Assembly (NCBI RefSeq): GCF_001457595.1
Contig: NZ_LN831039.1
Coordinates: 5,370,001-5,402,000 of the forward strand
Direction of reading: 5' to 3'
Length of the DNA: 32,000 nt
Source of the DNA: Mycolicibacterium smegmatis
Lineage (GTDB): Bacteria > Actinomycetota > Actinomycetes > Mycobacteriales > Mycobacteriaceae
Position numbers and translations under genes: made by a program. Within the stretch, counting starts at the first letter, position 1. Every line of letters begins with the position of its first letter. This document shows positions 18,738 to 26,929 of the stretch, piece after piece. Below the pieces are notes generated by a model, which was given only the letters and a program-made list of their open reading frames with translations, ran no database searches and was not told the DNA's origin.

Positions 18738-19783
18738 CGCAGATGCGGTGCGGCCTTCGCGCTGAACAGCGGCAGGTCGAGGTAGGTGGCGATGCCCGGT
18801 TCGGCCGCACACACCGCGGGGATCGAGTTGACACAGTGCGCCGCGGTGGCCACGACACCGGGTTCGGGTCCGGTTTCACCCACTTCGCCCTGAAAGCCCT
18901 TGATCACCACGTCGAAGTCGGGATTGCCGCACACCTGCATCTCGTAGCGCTGCCCCTGCGGACCGAAAGTCCATGGCGGATCGAGGTTTTCCTCACCCAT
19001 CAGCCAGTTCACGGTCACCCGCACCACCACCTGTTCACCGCGCAGGGCCTCCCAGTGGAACCTGCGGCCCGCGACCTGACCGGGCTGGATCGCCCCGAGC
19101 GGCGAGTCGATCGGCGCGGTGGCGACCGCGATCTCCTGGCGTGAACGGATTTTCGGGTCGGCGGCGAACCCGAACTGGTCGACGCACATCTTGACGGCCT
19201 GCATGAACCCGCCGTCGAGGAGTTTCTGCATGGGCCCGCTCAACGCCTTGTCGGGGACCTCACCGAAACCCATGACGTGGCGCAGGACGTCGGGCGCGTC
19301 GTAGGTGCGCAGATCGGAGAACTCCTCGGCGCGAACGAATGTCACGCCTGTCGAGAAGACCGAGAACAGCAGCGGGAACTTCTCGCTGATCCCGCCGGGT
19401 GCGATGCCGGTGCCGTGCAACGTCGCGTTGCCCGCCAGTGCGGCCTCACGCAGTGGCGCGCCCTGTCTTTCACTCGGATACACCCAGCCGACCGGGGTGA
19501 CGACGTTCTTGCCCGACCGCAGCAGCGCGGCGACCTCCTCGGGGTTCGGCAGCAGCGGCGCGTAGATCACCGCGTCGGCGTCGAGCCCGAGGATGTCGTC
19601 GATGTCGCGGGTCGTCTCCACGCCCAGCGGTTCGGTCCCGATGATCTCACCGACGTCGCGGCCCGCCTTGCCTTCCGAATGCACCCAGCAGCCGACGAGT
19701 TCGAGGGCGGGATGCTCCAGCACACCCTTGATGGCCGCCATCCCGACACCGCCGGTCGCCCACTGCACCACCCGTAACGCCAT
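18734..19783 (-). CDS. Dihydrodipicolinate-reductase-like NAD(P)-dependent oxidoreductase
   Basis: MALRVVQWATGGVGMAAIKGVLEHPALELVGCWVHSEGKAGRDVGEIIG...LDADAVIYAPLLPNPEEVAALLRSGKNVVTPVGW. Stop codon overlaps the stop of the convergent ADH gene (CTAG). Confidence 0.85.
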   Translation of the reverse strand: MALRVVQWATGGVGMAAIKGVLEHPALELVGCWVHSEGKAGRDVGEIIGTEPLGVETTRDIDDILGLDADAVIYAPLLPNPEEVAALLRSGKNVVTPVGWVYPSERQGAPLREAALAGNATLHGTGIAPGGISEKFPLLFSVFSTGVTFVRAEEFSDLRTYDAPDVLRHVMGFGEVPDKALSGPMQKLLDGGFMQAVKMCVDQFGFAADPKIRSRQEIAVATAPIDSPLGAIQPGQVAGRRFHWEALRGEQVVVRVTVNWLMGEENLDPPWTFGPQGQRYEMQVCGNPDFDVVIKGFQGEVGETGPEPGVVATAAHCVNSIPAVCAAEPGIATYLDLPLFSAKAAPHLR

Positions 19784-19803
19784 CGCCCGCCTCTCCGCAG
19801 AAC

Positions 19804-19817
19804 TGGAACACGTTCTA
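19804..19817. promoter_or_regulatory. Candidate KstR operator
   Basis: TGGAACACGTTCTA (reverse strand TAGAACGTGTTCCA) matches TNNAACNNGTTNNA and is 20 nt upstream of the minus-strand start at 19783. Confidence 0.65.
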
Positions 19818-19849
19818 CCACCTGGGGCGCACCTGTGACCAGAGCCGGT

Positions 19850-22111
19850 CTACAGACCTGCGGCGGCCTCGGCGAGCAGAGCGCGGAACCGACCGGGGCC
19901 GGTGATACCGGCCAGCCGCCGCTGCGCTTCGTCGGCGTAGCGGCGCGCCTCGGAGGTGCGTCCCTGCAGGCGCCGTGCGTACACAAGTTCGACGAGGATG
20001 GGGACGACGGATCCGACGGCATCGCGCTCGGGCGGGATGCCTGCGACCACCTCGTAACCCGCGAGGGCGTCGGCCGCGGCCTGATCGACGTCTCCCAGCA
20101 GCCGATGGGTCCGCGCGGTGGACGACCACGTGTTGGCGGCCTGCGGCACGCGGTCGATGCGCTGCTCGCGGCGGATGTCGGCGGCCCGCCGCACCGAGTC
20201 GGCGGCACCGCACTGCCCGTGGGCGGCCTGCACGAGGCCGCGCAACGCCCACAGCCCGGCCAGCGCGATGGGTTGGTGCTCTGTGGATTCCAGCGCCAGG
20301 AGGTCCTCGACGACGTGCAGCACCTCAGGCGTCGGGCCGTCGACCCAGGTGGCCAGCAGCGCGTACACCGCGCCCTGCATCGGGTACCAGATGCCGGTGG
20401 GCGGGGTCATCACGAACGACGAACGCGCACACTCGCGCCCGGCCTCGACCTCGCCGAAGTTGAAGCAACCGCGCAGGAAGTCCATGATCGCCTGTGAGTG
20501 GGAATCGTTGGCCGACAAGGGTTTCACGGCTTCGATGCGCCGGTGGAGTTCGCCGGCCTCGCCTCGGGCGCCCGCGATGGCGGCCCATGCCAGCCCCAGT
20601 TCGGGTGAGCCCGTCACCAGTTCCATGGGCAGCATGTCCAACCACCGTTCGACCGCGGCGCCGCGTGGGCTGATGTTCATGAACCGCGGGTATTCGGCGG
20701 CGATGACCCGCACCGCGTCGTCGTAGTCGGCGGCACGCACGTAGTACTCGATGGCCTCGGGAATCCGGTCGTGGGCCATGAGCCAGTCGGCCGCACGGCG
20801 TTGACGCAGCGGCAGATTCGCGTTGCCGGCCGCGGCGGCCCTCGCGCGCAGCACGGCCGCGAACGTGTGGTGCAGACGCTGCCAGAACCCGATGGCGTCC
20901 AGGCGGAGCACGAACATGTTGCCGCGCAGCTCGCCCAGGATCTCCTCGGAGTCCGTGGCGTCACGCACCGCGTCGCACAGATCGGCCGTGAACCGGTCGA
21001 GGAACGAGATCCCTTCGAGGAACGCGAGCTGCCTCGGGGTGATCGCGTGCAGGATCTCGTCGGCGAAGTAGTCCTGCACGCGCCGGTCCGGTACCGAGAG
21101 CGACTGCAGCACCTCCTCGGTCGTGGCACCCGTCCGCAACGCCAGACCCGACAGGTAGATCGCCGCGGCCCAACCGTCGGTGCCCGCGGCGATCTCGTCG
21201 GCCTGCTCGGGGGTCAGCGCCACCCCCAGACGCTCCAACAGGAGTTCGCGGGTCTCCGCGCCGTCGAAGCTGATGTCCTCGGTCTCCAGGTGCGCGAGCC
21301 GTCCGGTCATCACCAGCTGGGCCGTGGGCAGCGCGGGGCGGGTGCGCGAGCACATGACGACGCGGCACGTCGCGGGATCGATCCGCTCCAGCATCCAGGA
21401 GAGCTGCCGGATGACCGTGACGTCGGTGATCTCGTGCAGGTCGTCGAGAACCACCGACACCGCGGTGTCTTCGGCGTCGAGCGTGTCGGCCAGGCGCACC
21501 AGCACGCGATCGACGTCGGCCCCGCCGACGATCTCGCGGAGAAGGCCGCCGCCGAACTCCGGCAGCGCCGTGCGCAGCGCGATGAGAAACGCCGTCCAGA
21601 AGCCGCCCGGCTCGTTGTCGGAGCGTTCCAGCGACAACCAGGCCGGCGCGCCGTCGGTCCGGTCGAGCAGTTGCGCCGCCAGCGTGGATTTGCCGTTGCC
21701 GCCGGGCGAGGTGATGAGCACGTGGGTCACGTGTGGACCGTCGATCATCTCCAGGCACCGGGTGCGCCGGATGTGTTCGGCGCGCCCGCTGGGCCGCTGG
21801 AACTTGGTCACCGGGAACAACGTCGACGTGTCCATCGCCTCGGTGGACGCCGCGCCGAGGCTGCGACGGGCGCCCACGACGTCGTCGAGGGTGTCACCCG
21901 CCTCCCACGCATCGAGCAGTGCGCTGATCGCGGCGAGCGAGAAACCCTCCTTCTGCAGACGTTGCACGGTGATGAACCGCTCGACGTGCGTCTCGTCGTA
22001 GTACCCGGTCCTACCCACCAGAATCGGCGGTGTCAGCAACCCTTTCTCCTGGTACGCCCGAACGTTTCGCGCCGACGTGCTCATATGTCGAGCAAACTCG
22101 TCGATCGTCAT
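19850..22111 (-). CDS. MerR-type HTH fused to a MalT/STAND-like ATPase and helical repeat region
   Basis: N-term MTIDEFARHMSTSARNVRAYQEKGLLTPPILVGRTGYYDETHVERFITVQRLQKEGFSLAAISALLD (MerR); then HVLITSPGGNGKSTLAAQLLDR (Walker A), VSVVLDDLHEIT (Walker B), CSRTRPALPTAQL, and a MalT-like C-terminal helical region. Confidence 0.87.
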   Translation of the reverse strand: MTIDEFARHMSTSARNVRAYQEKGLLTPPILVGRTGYYDETHVERFITVQRLQKEGFSLAAISALLDAWEAGDTLDDVVGARRSLGAASTEAMDTSTLFPVTKFQRPSGRAEHIRRTRCLEMIDGPHVTHVLITSPGGNGKSTLAAQLLDRTDGAPAWLSLERSDNEPGGFWTAFLIALRTALPEFGGGLLREIVGGADVDRVLVRLADTLDAEDTAVSVVLDDLHEITDVTVIRQLSWMLERIDPATCRVVMCSRTRPALPTAQLVMTGRLAHLETEDISFDGAETRELLLERLGVALTPEQADEIAAGTDGWAAAIYLSGLALRTGATTEEVLQSLSVPDRRVQDYFADEILHAITPRQLAFLEGISFLDRFTADLCDAVRDATDSEEILGELRGNMFVLRLDAIGFWQRLHHTFAAVLRARAAAAGNANLPLRQRRAADWLMAHDRIPEAIEYYVRAADYDDAVRVIAAEYPRFMNISPRGAAVERWLDMLPMELVTGSPELGLAWAAIAGARGEAGELHRRIEAVKPLSANDSHSQAIMDFLRGCFNFGEVEAGRECARSSFVMTPPTGIWYPMQGAVYALLATWVDGPTPEVLHVVEDLLALESTEHQPIALAGLWALRGLVQAAHGQCGAADSVRRAADIRREQRIDRVPQAANTWSSTARTHRLLGDVDQAAADALAGYEVVAGIPPERDAVGSVVPILVELVYARRLQGRTSEARRYADEAQRRLAGITGPGRFRALLAEAAAGL

Positions 22112-22428
22112 GCGGCCAGACAAACAGCGTCCCCCATCTCCCTGCGCGCACCCCGTGTGCACACGCCGATCCCGTCGCCCCCATGCGCCACCATCTGATG
22201 GCACATTCTTTTCTTCGGTTCACATCTCCCTCCACTATGACGTGTCCCGCCTAGTCTCGCCGTGTGGGGATCGCACGCCGGGCACCGTTCACGCCGCCTT
22301 CGTTTACAGGGACCTCCCATGGTCTTCACAGCGAACATATAACGCGCGGGCAAATATCCCTACGCCATCGAGGTCAAACAGGCCGGGCAACCACAAGCCG
22401 GCACCACCGCCCCTCGACCAGGCCGGTC

Positions 22429-22692
22429 GTGGCGATCGCATCCGACGGCACCGTCGTGTTTGCCAACCACGCGTTCGCCGCTCTCGTCGGCCAAACCCCG
22501 CCCCAGCTCGCCCGGATGAGGAGTTCCGACGTGTTCCTGTCGATCGCCGACGACGACGCCGCGTGCCGAACCCTCCCGGCGCTCGCCGGATCCGACGTGG
22601 AGATGCTGCACGGCGATCTGTACGTGGTCATGGCGCGACTGCGCCGAACCACCGGACCCGACGCACAGATGCTGTACGCGGCGTTCGACTGA
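22429..22692 (+). CDS. Short PAS-like domain protein or fragment (start uncertain)
   Basis: VAIASDGTVVFANHAFAALVGQTPPQLARMRSSDVFLSIAD... resembles a PAS core; the track ORF begins at 22264, but the N-terminal extension looks non-coding. Confidence 0.45.
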   Translation: MAIASDGTVVFANHAFAALVGQTPPQLARMRSSDVFLSIADDDAACRTLPALAGSDVEMLHGDLYVVMARLRRTTGPDAQMLYAAFD

Positions 22693-22782
22693 GCGCTGCC
22701 GACTGGCTTACCGAACCATCGCGGAGAGGGTGAGGCACCTGCGCGGCGCGGCCGTCGTCACGGCCTACCAGCGCGCCGAACG

Positions 22783-24399
22783 CTAGAGGTGGATCACCTC
22801 GTAGGCGCCCTCGGCGTGGCGGGCCCGAATGGTCTTCTTGTCGTACTTGCCGACGCTGGTGCGCGGCACCTGGTCGACGAAGGCCCAGCGTTCGGGCAGC
22901 CACCACCGAACCACCTTGTCGGCGAGGAACTCACGTAGCTCCCCGGGATCGGCCGAGGCGCCCTCGTGCAGCACCACCACCGCCAGCGGACGCTCCTGCC
23001 AACGCTCGTCGGGCACGCCGACGACGGCGGCCTCCAGCACCGCGGGGTGTCCGATGAGGTGGTTCTCGAGTTCGACCGACGAGATCCATTCGCCGCCGGA
23101 CTTGATGACGTCTTTGGCCCGGTCGGTCAGCGTCACGTAGCCGAGTTCGTCGATGACGCCGACGTCACCCGTGCGCAGCCAGCCCGAGTCGAACTTCTCG
23201 GCGTCACGGCCCAGGTAGTAGCCGCCCGTGATCCACGGGCCGCGCACCTCGAGTTCACCGACGGCCTTGCCGTCGCTCGGCAGCGGGTTGCCGGCGTCGT
23301 CGACGATGCGCACCTCGACGCCGCACATGGGCCTGCCCTGCGTGATACGCATCGCCCAGTGCCGCTCGTCGGTGACACCGGGCAGCGGTTTGGCCACCGT
23401 CGCCAGCGGTGACGTCTCGGTCATGCCCCAAGCCTGCTGGATGTAGACGTCGTGGCGCTCCTGGAAGGCCTGCATCAGCGACAACGGCACCGCCGACCCG
23501 CCGCACGCCACCAGGCGCAGCGACGAGATGTCGTGTCCCGGCGACTTTTCCAGGCAGTTCAGTACGTCGTTCCAGATCGTGGGCACGGCTCCGGCCAGCG
23601 TCGGGCGCTGCGTCTCGATCAGTTCGATCAGCGACGCGCCGTCGAGGAACCGGTCGGGCATCACCAGGCCGGCGCCTGCCATCAGCGCGGCGTACGGCAG
23701 GCCCCACGCGTTGGCGTGGAACATCGGCACGATCGGCAGCACCACGTCACCGCAGCTGACGTCCAGTGCGTTGGCGGTGCACGTGTTCAACGAGTGCAGG
23801 TAACTCGACCGGTGGCTGTAGACAACGCCTTTCGGGTTTCCTGTGGTGCCGCTGGTGTAACACATTGCGGCGGCGGAGTTCTCGTCGATGTCGGGCCAGT
23901 CGAACCGGGTGGGCCGCCCGGCCATGGCCTCGTCGTAGCGCAGCACCGTGCGGTCCGCCCCGCGCAGCGGCTCCAGATCGCCGTCCCCGACGACGATCAC
24001 GGTGTGCACGCTGTCGACCAGCGGCAGCACGGGCGCCAGCAGCGGGATCAGTGACGAGTCGGTGATGATCACGCGGTCCTCGGCCTCACGGGCGATGAAC
24101 CCGATCTGCTCGGGCGACAGCCGGATGTTGAGCGTGTGCAGCACGGCCCCCATGGCGGGGATCGCGAGGTAGGCGGTGAGATGCTCGGTGTTGTTCCACA
24201 TGAAGGTGCCGACACGCTCGTCGCCGGTGATGCCGACCTCGCGCAGCAGGTGCGCCAACTGGGCCGCCCGTTCCCCCACCTCGCGGTAGGTCGTGGTGCG
24301 GAAGCCGCCCTGGCCGGTGGCCATGGTGACGGTCTGATCTCCGTTGACGCCGCACGCATGGCGCAGAATCGCGGTGATCGTCAACGGCCATTGCTGCAT
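22783..24399 (-). CDS. Fatty-acid--CoA ligase (AMP-forming, FadD/AlkK-like)
   Basis: AMCYTSGTTGNPKGVVYSHRSSYLH (AMP-binding), VYIQQAWGMTETSP, SGWLRTGDVGVIDELGYVTLTDRAKDVIKSGGEWISSVELENHL. Start at 24399 or 24411. Confidence 0.93.
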   Translation of the reverse strand: MQQWPLTITAILRHACGVNGDQTVTMATGQGGFRTTTYREVGERAAQLAHLLREVGITGDERVGTFMWNNTEHLTAYLAIPAMGAVLHTLNIRLSPEQIGFIAREAEDRVIITDSSLIPLLAPVLPLVDSVHTVIVVGDGDLEPLRGADRTVLRYDEAMAGRPTRFDWPDIDENSAAAMCYTSGTTGNPKGVVYSHRSSYLHSLNTCTANALDVSCGDVVLPIVPMFHANAWGLPYAALMAGAGLVMPDRFLDGASLIELIETQRPTLAGAVPTIWNDVLNCLEKSPGHDISSLRLVACGGSAVPLSLMQAFQERHDVYIQQAWGMTETSPLATVAKPLPGVTDERHWAMRITQGRPMCGVEVRIVDDAGNPLPSDGKAVGELEVRGPWITGGYYLGRDAEKFDSGWLRTGDVGVIDELGYVTLTDRAKDVIKSGGEWISSVELENHLIGHPAVLEAAVVGVPDERWQERPLAVVVLHEGASADPGELREFLADKVVRWWLPERWAFVDQVPRTSVGKYDKKTIRARHAEGAYEVIHL

Positions 24400-24541
24400 G
24401 GTGCTGTCCACGGGCGCGATGCTAGCGGCAACTCCTGATCGCGAGGCGGGAACGAATTGAGTTTCCGAAACGATGTATCCAGGGGAAGATGGTTCTGTAG
24501 ACCCCGTCTAAGTCGGTGAGATGCGAGAAGAGGTGCGGTTG

Positions 24542-24853
24542 ATGCGCGTGAAATGGTCCTTGATGGCGGTCGCTGCGGCTGCGATCGGGGTGGTGAGCGC
24601 ACCCGCGGGTCTCGCGTCGGCCGAGGAGACCGCCCAGGAGACCATCAACCGACTGCAGTCCCAGGGCTACACCGTGCAGATCGACCGCATCGGCACCGCA
24701 CCGATGGACAAATGCGTGGTCACCAACGTCCGTAACCCGCAGCAGGTCCGTCAATGGCTGCCATACGTGGGTCCCGGCCTCAACACCGACAGCGTCCTGA
24801 TCAACACCGTCACCAGTCAGACGGTGTCGGTGTCGCTGAACTGCCAGCGCTGA
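24542..24853 (+). CDS. Small secreted protein, paralogue of the 29023-29337 product
   Basis: MRVKWSLMAVAAAAIGVVSAPAGLASAEETAQETINRLQSQGYTVQIDRIGTAPMDKCVVTNVRNPQ...VSVSLNCQR; signal peptide; two cysteines. Confidence 0.8.
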   Translation: MRVKWSLMAVAAAAIGVVSAPAGLASAEETAQETINRLQSQGYTVQIDRIGTAPMDKCVVTNVRNPQQVRQWLPYVGPGLNTDSVLINTVTSQTVSVSLNCQR

Positions 24854-24873
24854 GCACCGGGTAGCCGCTCAGC
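24849..24873. terminator. Hairpin between convergent small secreted-protein genes
   Basis: GCTGAGC (24849-24855) pairs with GCTCAGC (24867-24873), 11-nt loop. Confidence 0.45.
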
Positions 24874-25140
24874 TCACCACCAACGCCACCAGGGGCGCAC
24901 GTAGCCCCAACCAGGGCCCCAACCAGGGTGGCCCCAGCCACCGTGGCGGAAGCCGTATCCGTGGAAGCCGCCGCCGTGAAAACCTCCGTGATAGCCGGCC
25001 TGTGCGACATGGGCCGCCACCGGCTCCGGGCCCGTCGCCTCGGTTTGCGCTGAGGCCGCGGGGGCGAGCCCGATGCTGACGACCGCGCCTGCGGCCGCGA
25101 TTGCCGGGACGACGCGCCTGAAGGCTGTTCGCATGGCCAT
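24874..25140 (-). CDS. Small secreted Gly/His/Trp-rich protein
   Basis: MAMRTAFRRVVPAIAAAGAVVSIGLAPAASAQTEATGPEPVAAHVAQAGYHGGFHGGGFHGYGFRHGGWGHPGWGPGWGYVRPWWRWW; signal peptide plus GGFHGGGFHG repeats. Confidence 0.7.
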   Translation of the reverse strand: MAMRTAFRRVVPAIAAAGAVVSIGLAPAASAQTEATGPEPVAAHVAQAGYHGGFHGGGFHGYGFRHGGWGHPGWGPGWGYVRPWWRWW

Positions 25141-25260
25141 CTCCTTCGAAGATGTTGCTGTTCTTGCCCTTTCAGGATTGCGCGATCTCGCCTTCCCGGC
25201 GTTGGGGCTGGCCTCCAATCCGCACCCCCGGTAGCTTCAATCAGCGTCCCGGTCCAGATC

Positions 25261-26787
25261 TCAGTGCGCGAACAGCAGTTTGACGGCCTGCCGGTCGATG
25301 GCGCCCTTGGCTGTATGCGGCAGTGATTCGACGATGTCGAGGCGCGCGGGCACCTCGTACGGCGCGAGTCCGGTGCGGCACTGCGCCAGGATGTCGTCGG
25401 CCGACACGTGGGCGGCCGCGGGCACCACCGCTGCCCCGACCTGCTCGCCGTAGGTGGCGTCGGGAATCGCGAACACCACGGCCTCGAACACCCCGTCACA
25501 GCCGGTCAGGACACCTTCGACGTGCTCGGGCGAGATCTTCTCGCCGCCGCGGTTGATGATGTTCTTGATCCGGCCGGTGAGCTGCAGGTTGCCGTCGGCG
25601 TCGAGCGCGCCGAGATCTCCTGTGCGGAACCAACCGTCGGTGAAGGCCTGCGCGGTGTTCTCCGGATCGGCGAGGTATCCCCGCACGACGGCCGGCCCGC
25701 TCACCCACACCTCGCCTGTCTCGGCAGGTGTGCACTCGCCGCCGTCGGACCGCACGACCCGAAACCGCGCGGCACCGGATGCGGGGCCCACCGACATACG
25801 GGGATCGTGAGTGCGCACGCGCCTGCTCGCGGCCTGGTGGGTGGTCTCGGTCATGCCGTACGCCTCGAGCATCGGCGCGCCGAACCGCCGCTCGGCCGCC
25901 TCGGCGGTGGCCGGGTCGAGCGGCGCGCTGCAGCTGCGCACGAACCGCAGTGGTGGGTGCTCCTCGTCAGGGCGTTGCAGCAGGATCTGGTGGATTGTCG
26001 GGACGGCGGTGAACCACGTCGCGTCCGCATCGCGCATGTCGGCCCAGAACGTGTGGGCCGAGAAGCGCCCGTGCGCGGGAAGCAGCACCTTCCCGCCGCC
26101 GGCCAGGGTCGACAGCAGCACGGCCACCAGCCCGTGACCGTGGAAGAACGGCATCACGGCGACGGTGGCGTCACCGTCGCCGAGTTCGTAGGCCGCACAG
26201 ATCCCGTGCACCGACGCCGCGATGTTGGCGTGTGTCCACGGCACCATCTTGGCCCGGCCTGTGGTGCCCGACGTGAACAGGATCAACGCGTCGTCGGGTC
26301 CCAGGCCCAGGTCGACGGCCGGCCGCACCGTGGGCTCGACGGTGGCGCCGCGCGTGGGCTCGACGGTGGCCCGGCTCGCGGTGACGCGGACCCGGTGGGT
26401 GCCGAGCGCATGTTCGCACGGTCCGGTGAGCACGGCCCGCGCACCGAGACGTGCCAGCCGGTCGGTCATCTCGGCGTCGGCGAGTGCGGGGTCCAGTGGC
26501 GCGACAACCGCTCCGATGCGCGCGGCCGCGAGCAGCGCGACAACGAATTCCGCGGTGTTGACGTCCACGACCGCGATCACCTCCCCGCGTCGCAGCCCGT
26601 CGGCGGTCAGGCCCGCTGCCACGTCGTCGGCCCATCGGCCGAGCGTCGCGTACGTCACCGCAATCCGCTGCTGGGTCACCACGAGCGCGGGCGCGTCGGG
26701 GCGGGTGCGGACGTGATGATCGAGGACGTCGAACAGTCCCGACAGCAAAGTCGCGGGAGGTGTCGCTGCAGTTCCCATGAACCGCAT
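25261..26787 (-). CDS. fadD7: Acyl-CoA synthetase, probable oxalate--CoA ligase (FadD7-like)
   Basis: ALILFTSGTTGRAKMVPWTHANIAASVHGI...LEAYGMTETTHQ...GWFRTGDLGALDADGNLQLTGRIKNIINRGGEKISPEHVEGVL; divergent from an oxalyl-CoA decarboxylase gene. Confidence 0.85.
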   Translation of the reverse strand: MRFMGTAATPPATLLSGLFDVLDHHVRTRPDAPALVVTQQRIAVTYATLGRWADDVAAGLTADGLRRGEVIAVVDVNTAEFVVALLAAARIGAVVAPLDPALADAEMTDRLARLGARAVLTGPCEHALGTHRVRVTASRATVEPTRGATVEPTVRPAVDLGLGPDDALILFTSGTTGRAKMVPWTHANIAASVHGICAAYELGDGDATVAVMPFFHGHGLVAVLLSTLAGGGKVLLPAHGRFSAHTFWADMRDADATWFTAVPTIHQILLQRPDEEHPPLRFVRSCSAPLDPATAEAAERRFGAPMLEAYGMTETTHQAASRRVRTHDPRMSVGPASGAARFRVVRSDGGECTPAETGEVWVSGPAVVRGYLADPENTAQAFTDGWFRTGDLGALDADGNLQLTGRIKNIINRGGEKISPEHVEGVLTGCDGVFEAVVFAIPDATYGEQVGAAVVPAAAHVSADDILAQCRTGLAPYEVPARLDIVESLPHTAKGAIDRQAVKLLFAH

Positions 26788-26911
26788 GCTATGGCCGCGA
26801 TATCGCCCTCAGCAGCCCCCTGACCTGGTTTTTCCAGCTGGCAGGGGGGTCATGGTGCCGAAGTCCGGACGTCGCGTTGGACGCCAGCGGTGAAGACGTG
26901 GGCGCCCGCAC

Positions 26912-26928
26912 GGACAAGCATGTTGTCC
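26912..26928. promoter_or_regulatory. Operator-like inverted repeat abutting the oxalyl-CoA decarboxylase start codon
   Basis: GGACAA-GCATG-TTGTCC, ending 1 nt before the ATG at 26930. Confidence 0.4.
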
Positions 26929-26929
26929 T

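Noticed and set aside
19815-22201. Several long alternative ORFs (19815-20252, 19835-20497, 20771-22198, 20961-21758) around the MerR-STAND gene
   Set aside because: Composition typical of shadow frames; the 784-aa minus frame contains the real domains.
22191-22201. CCATC-T-GATGG palindrome near the MerR-STAND start
   Set aside because: Only 5-bp arms with mismatching flanks; too short to distinguish from chance in this window.
25408-26823. 471-aa plus-strand ORF opposite the FadD7-like ligase
   Set aside because: Antisense shadow of a gene with clear adenylating-enzyme motifs.
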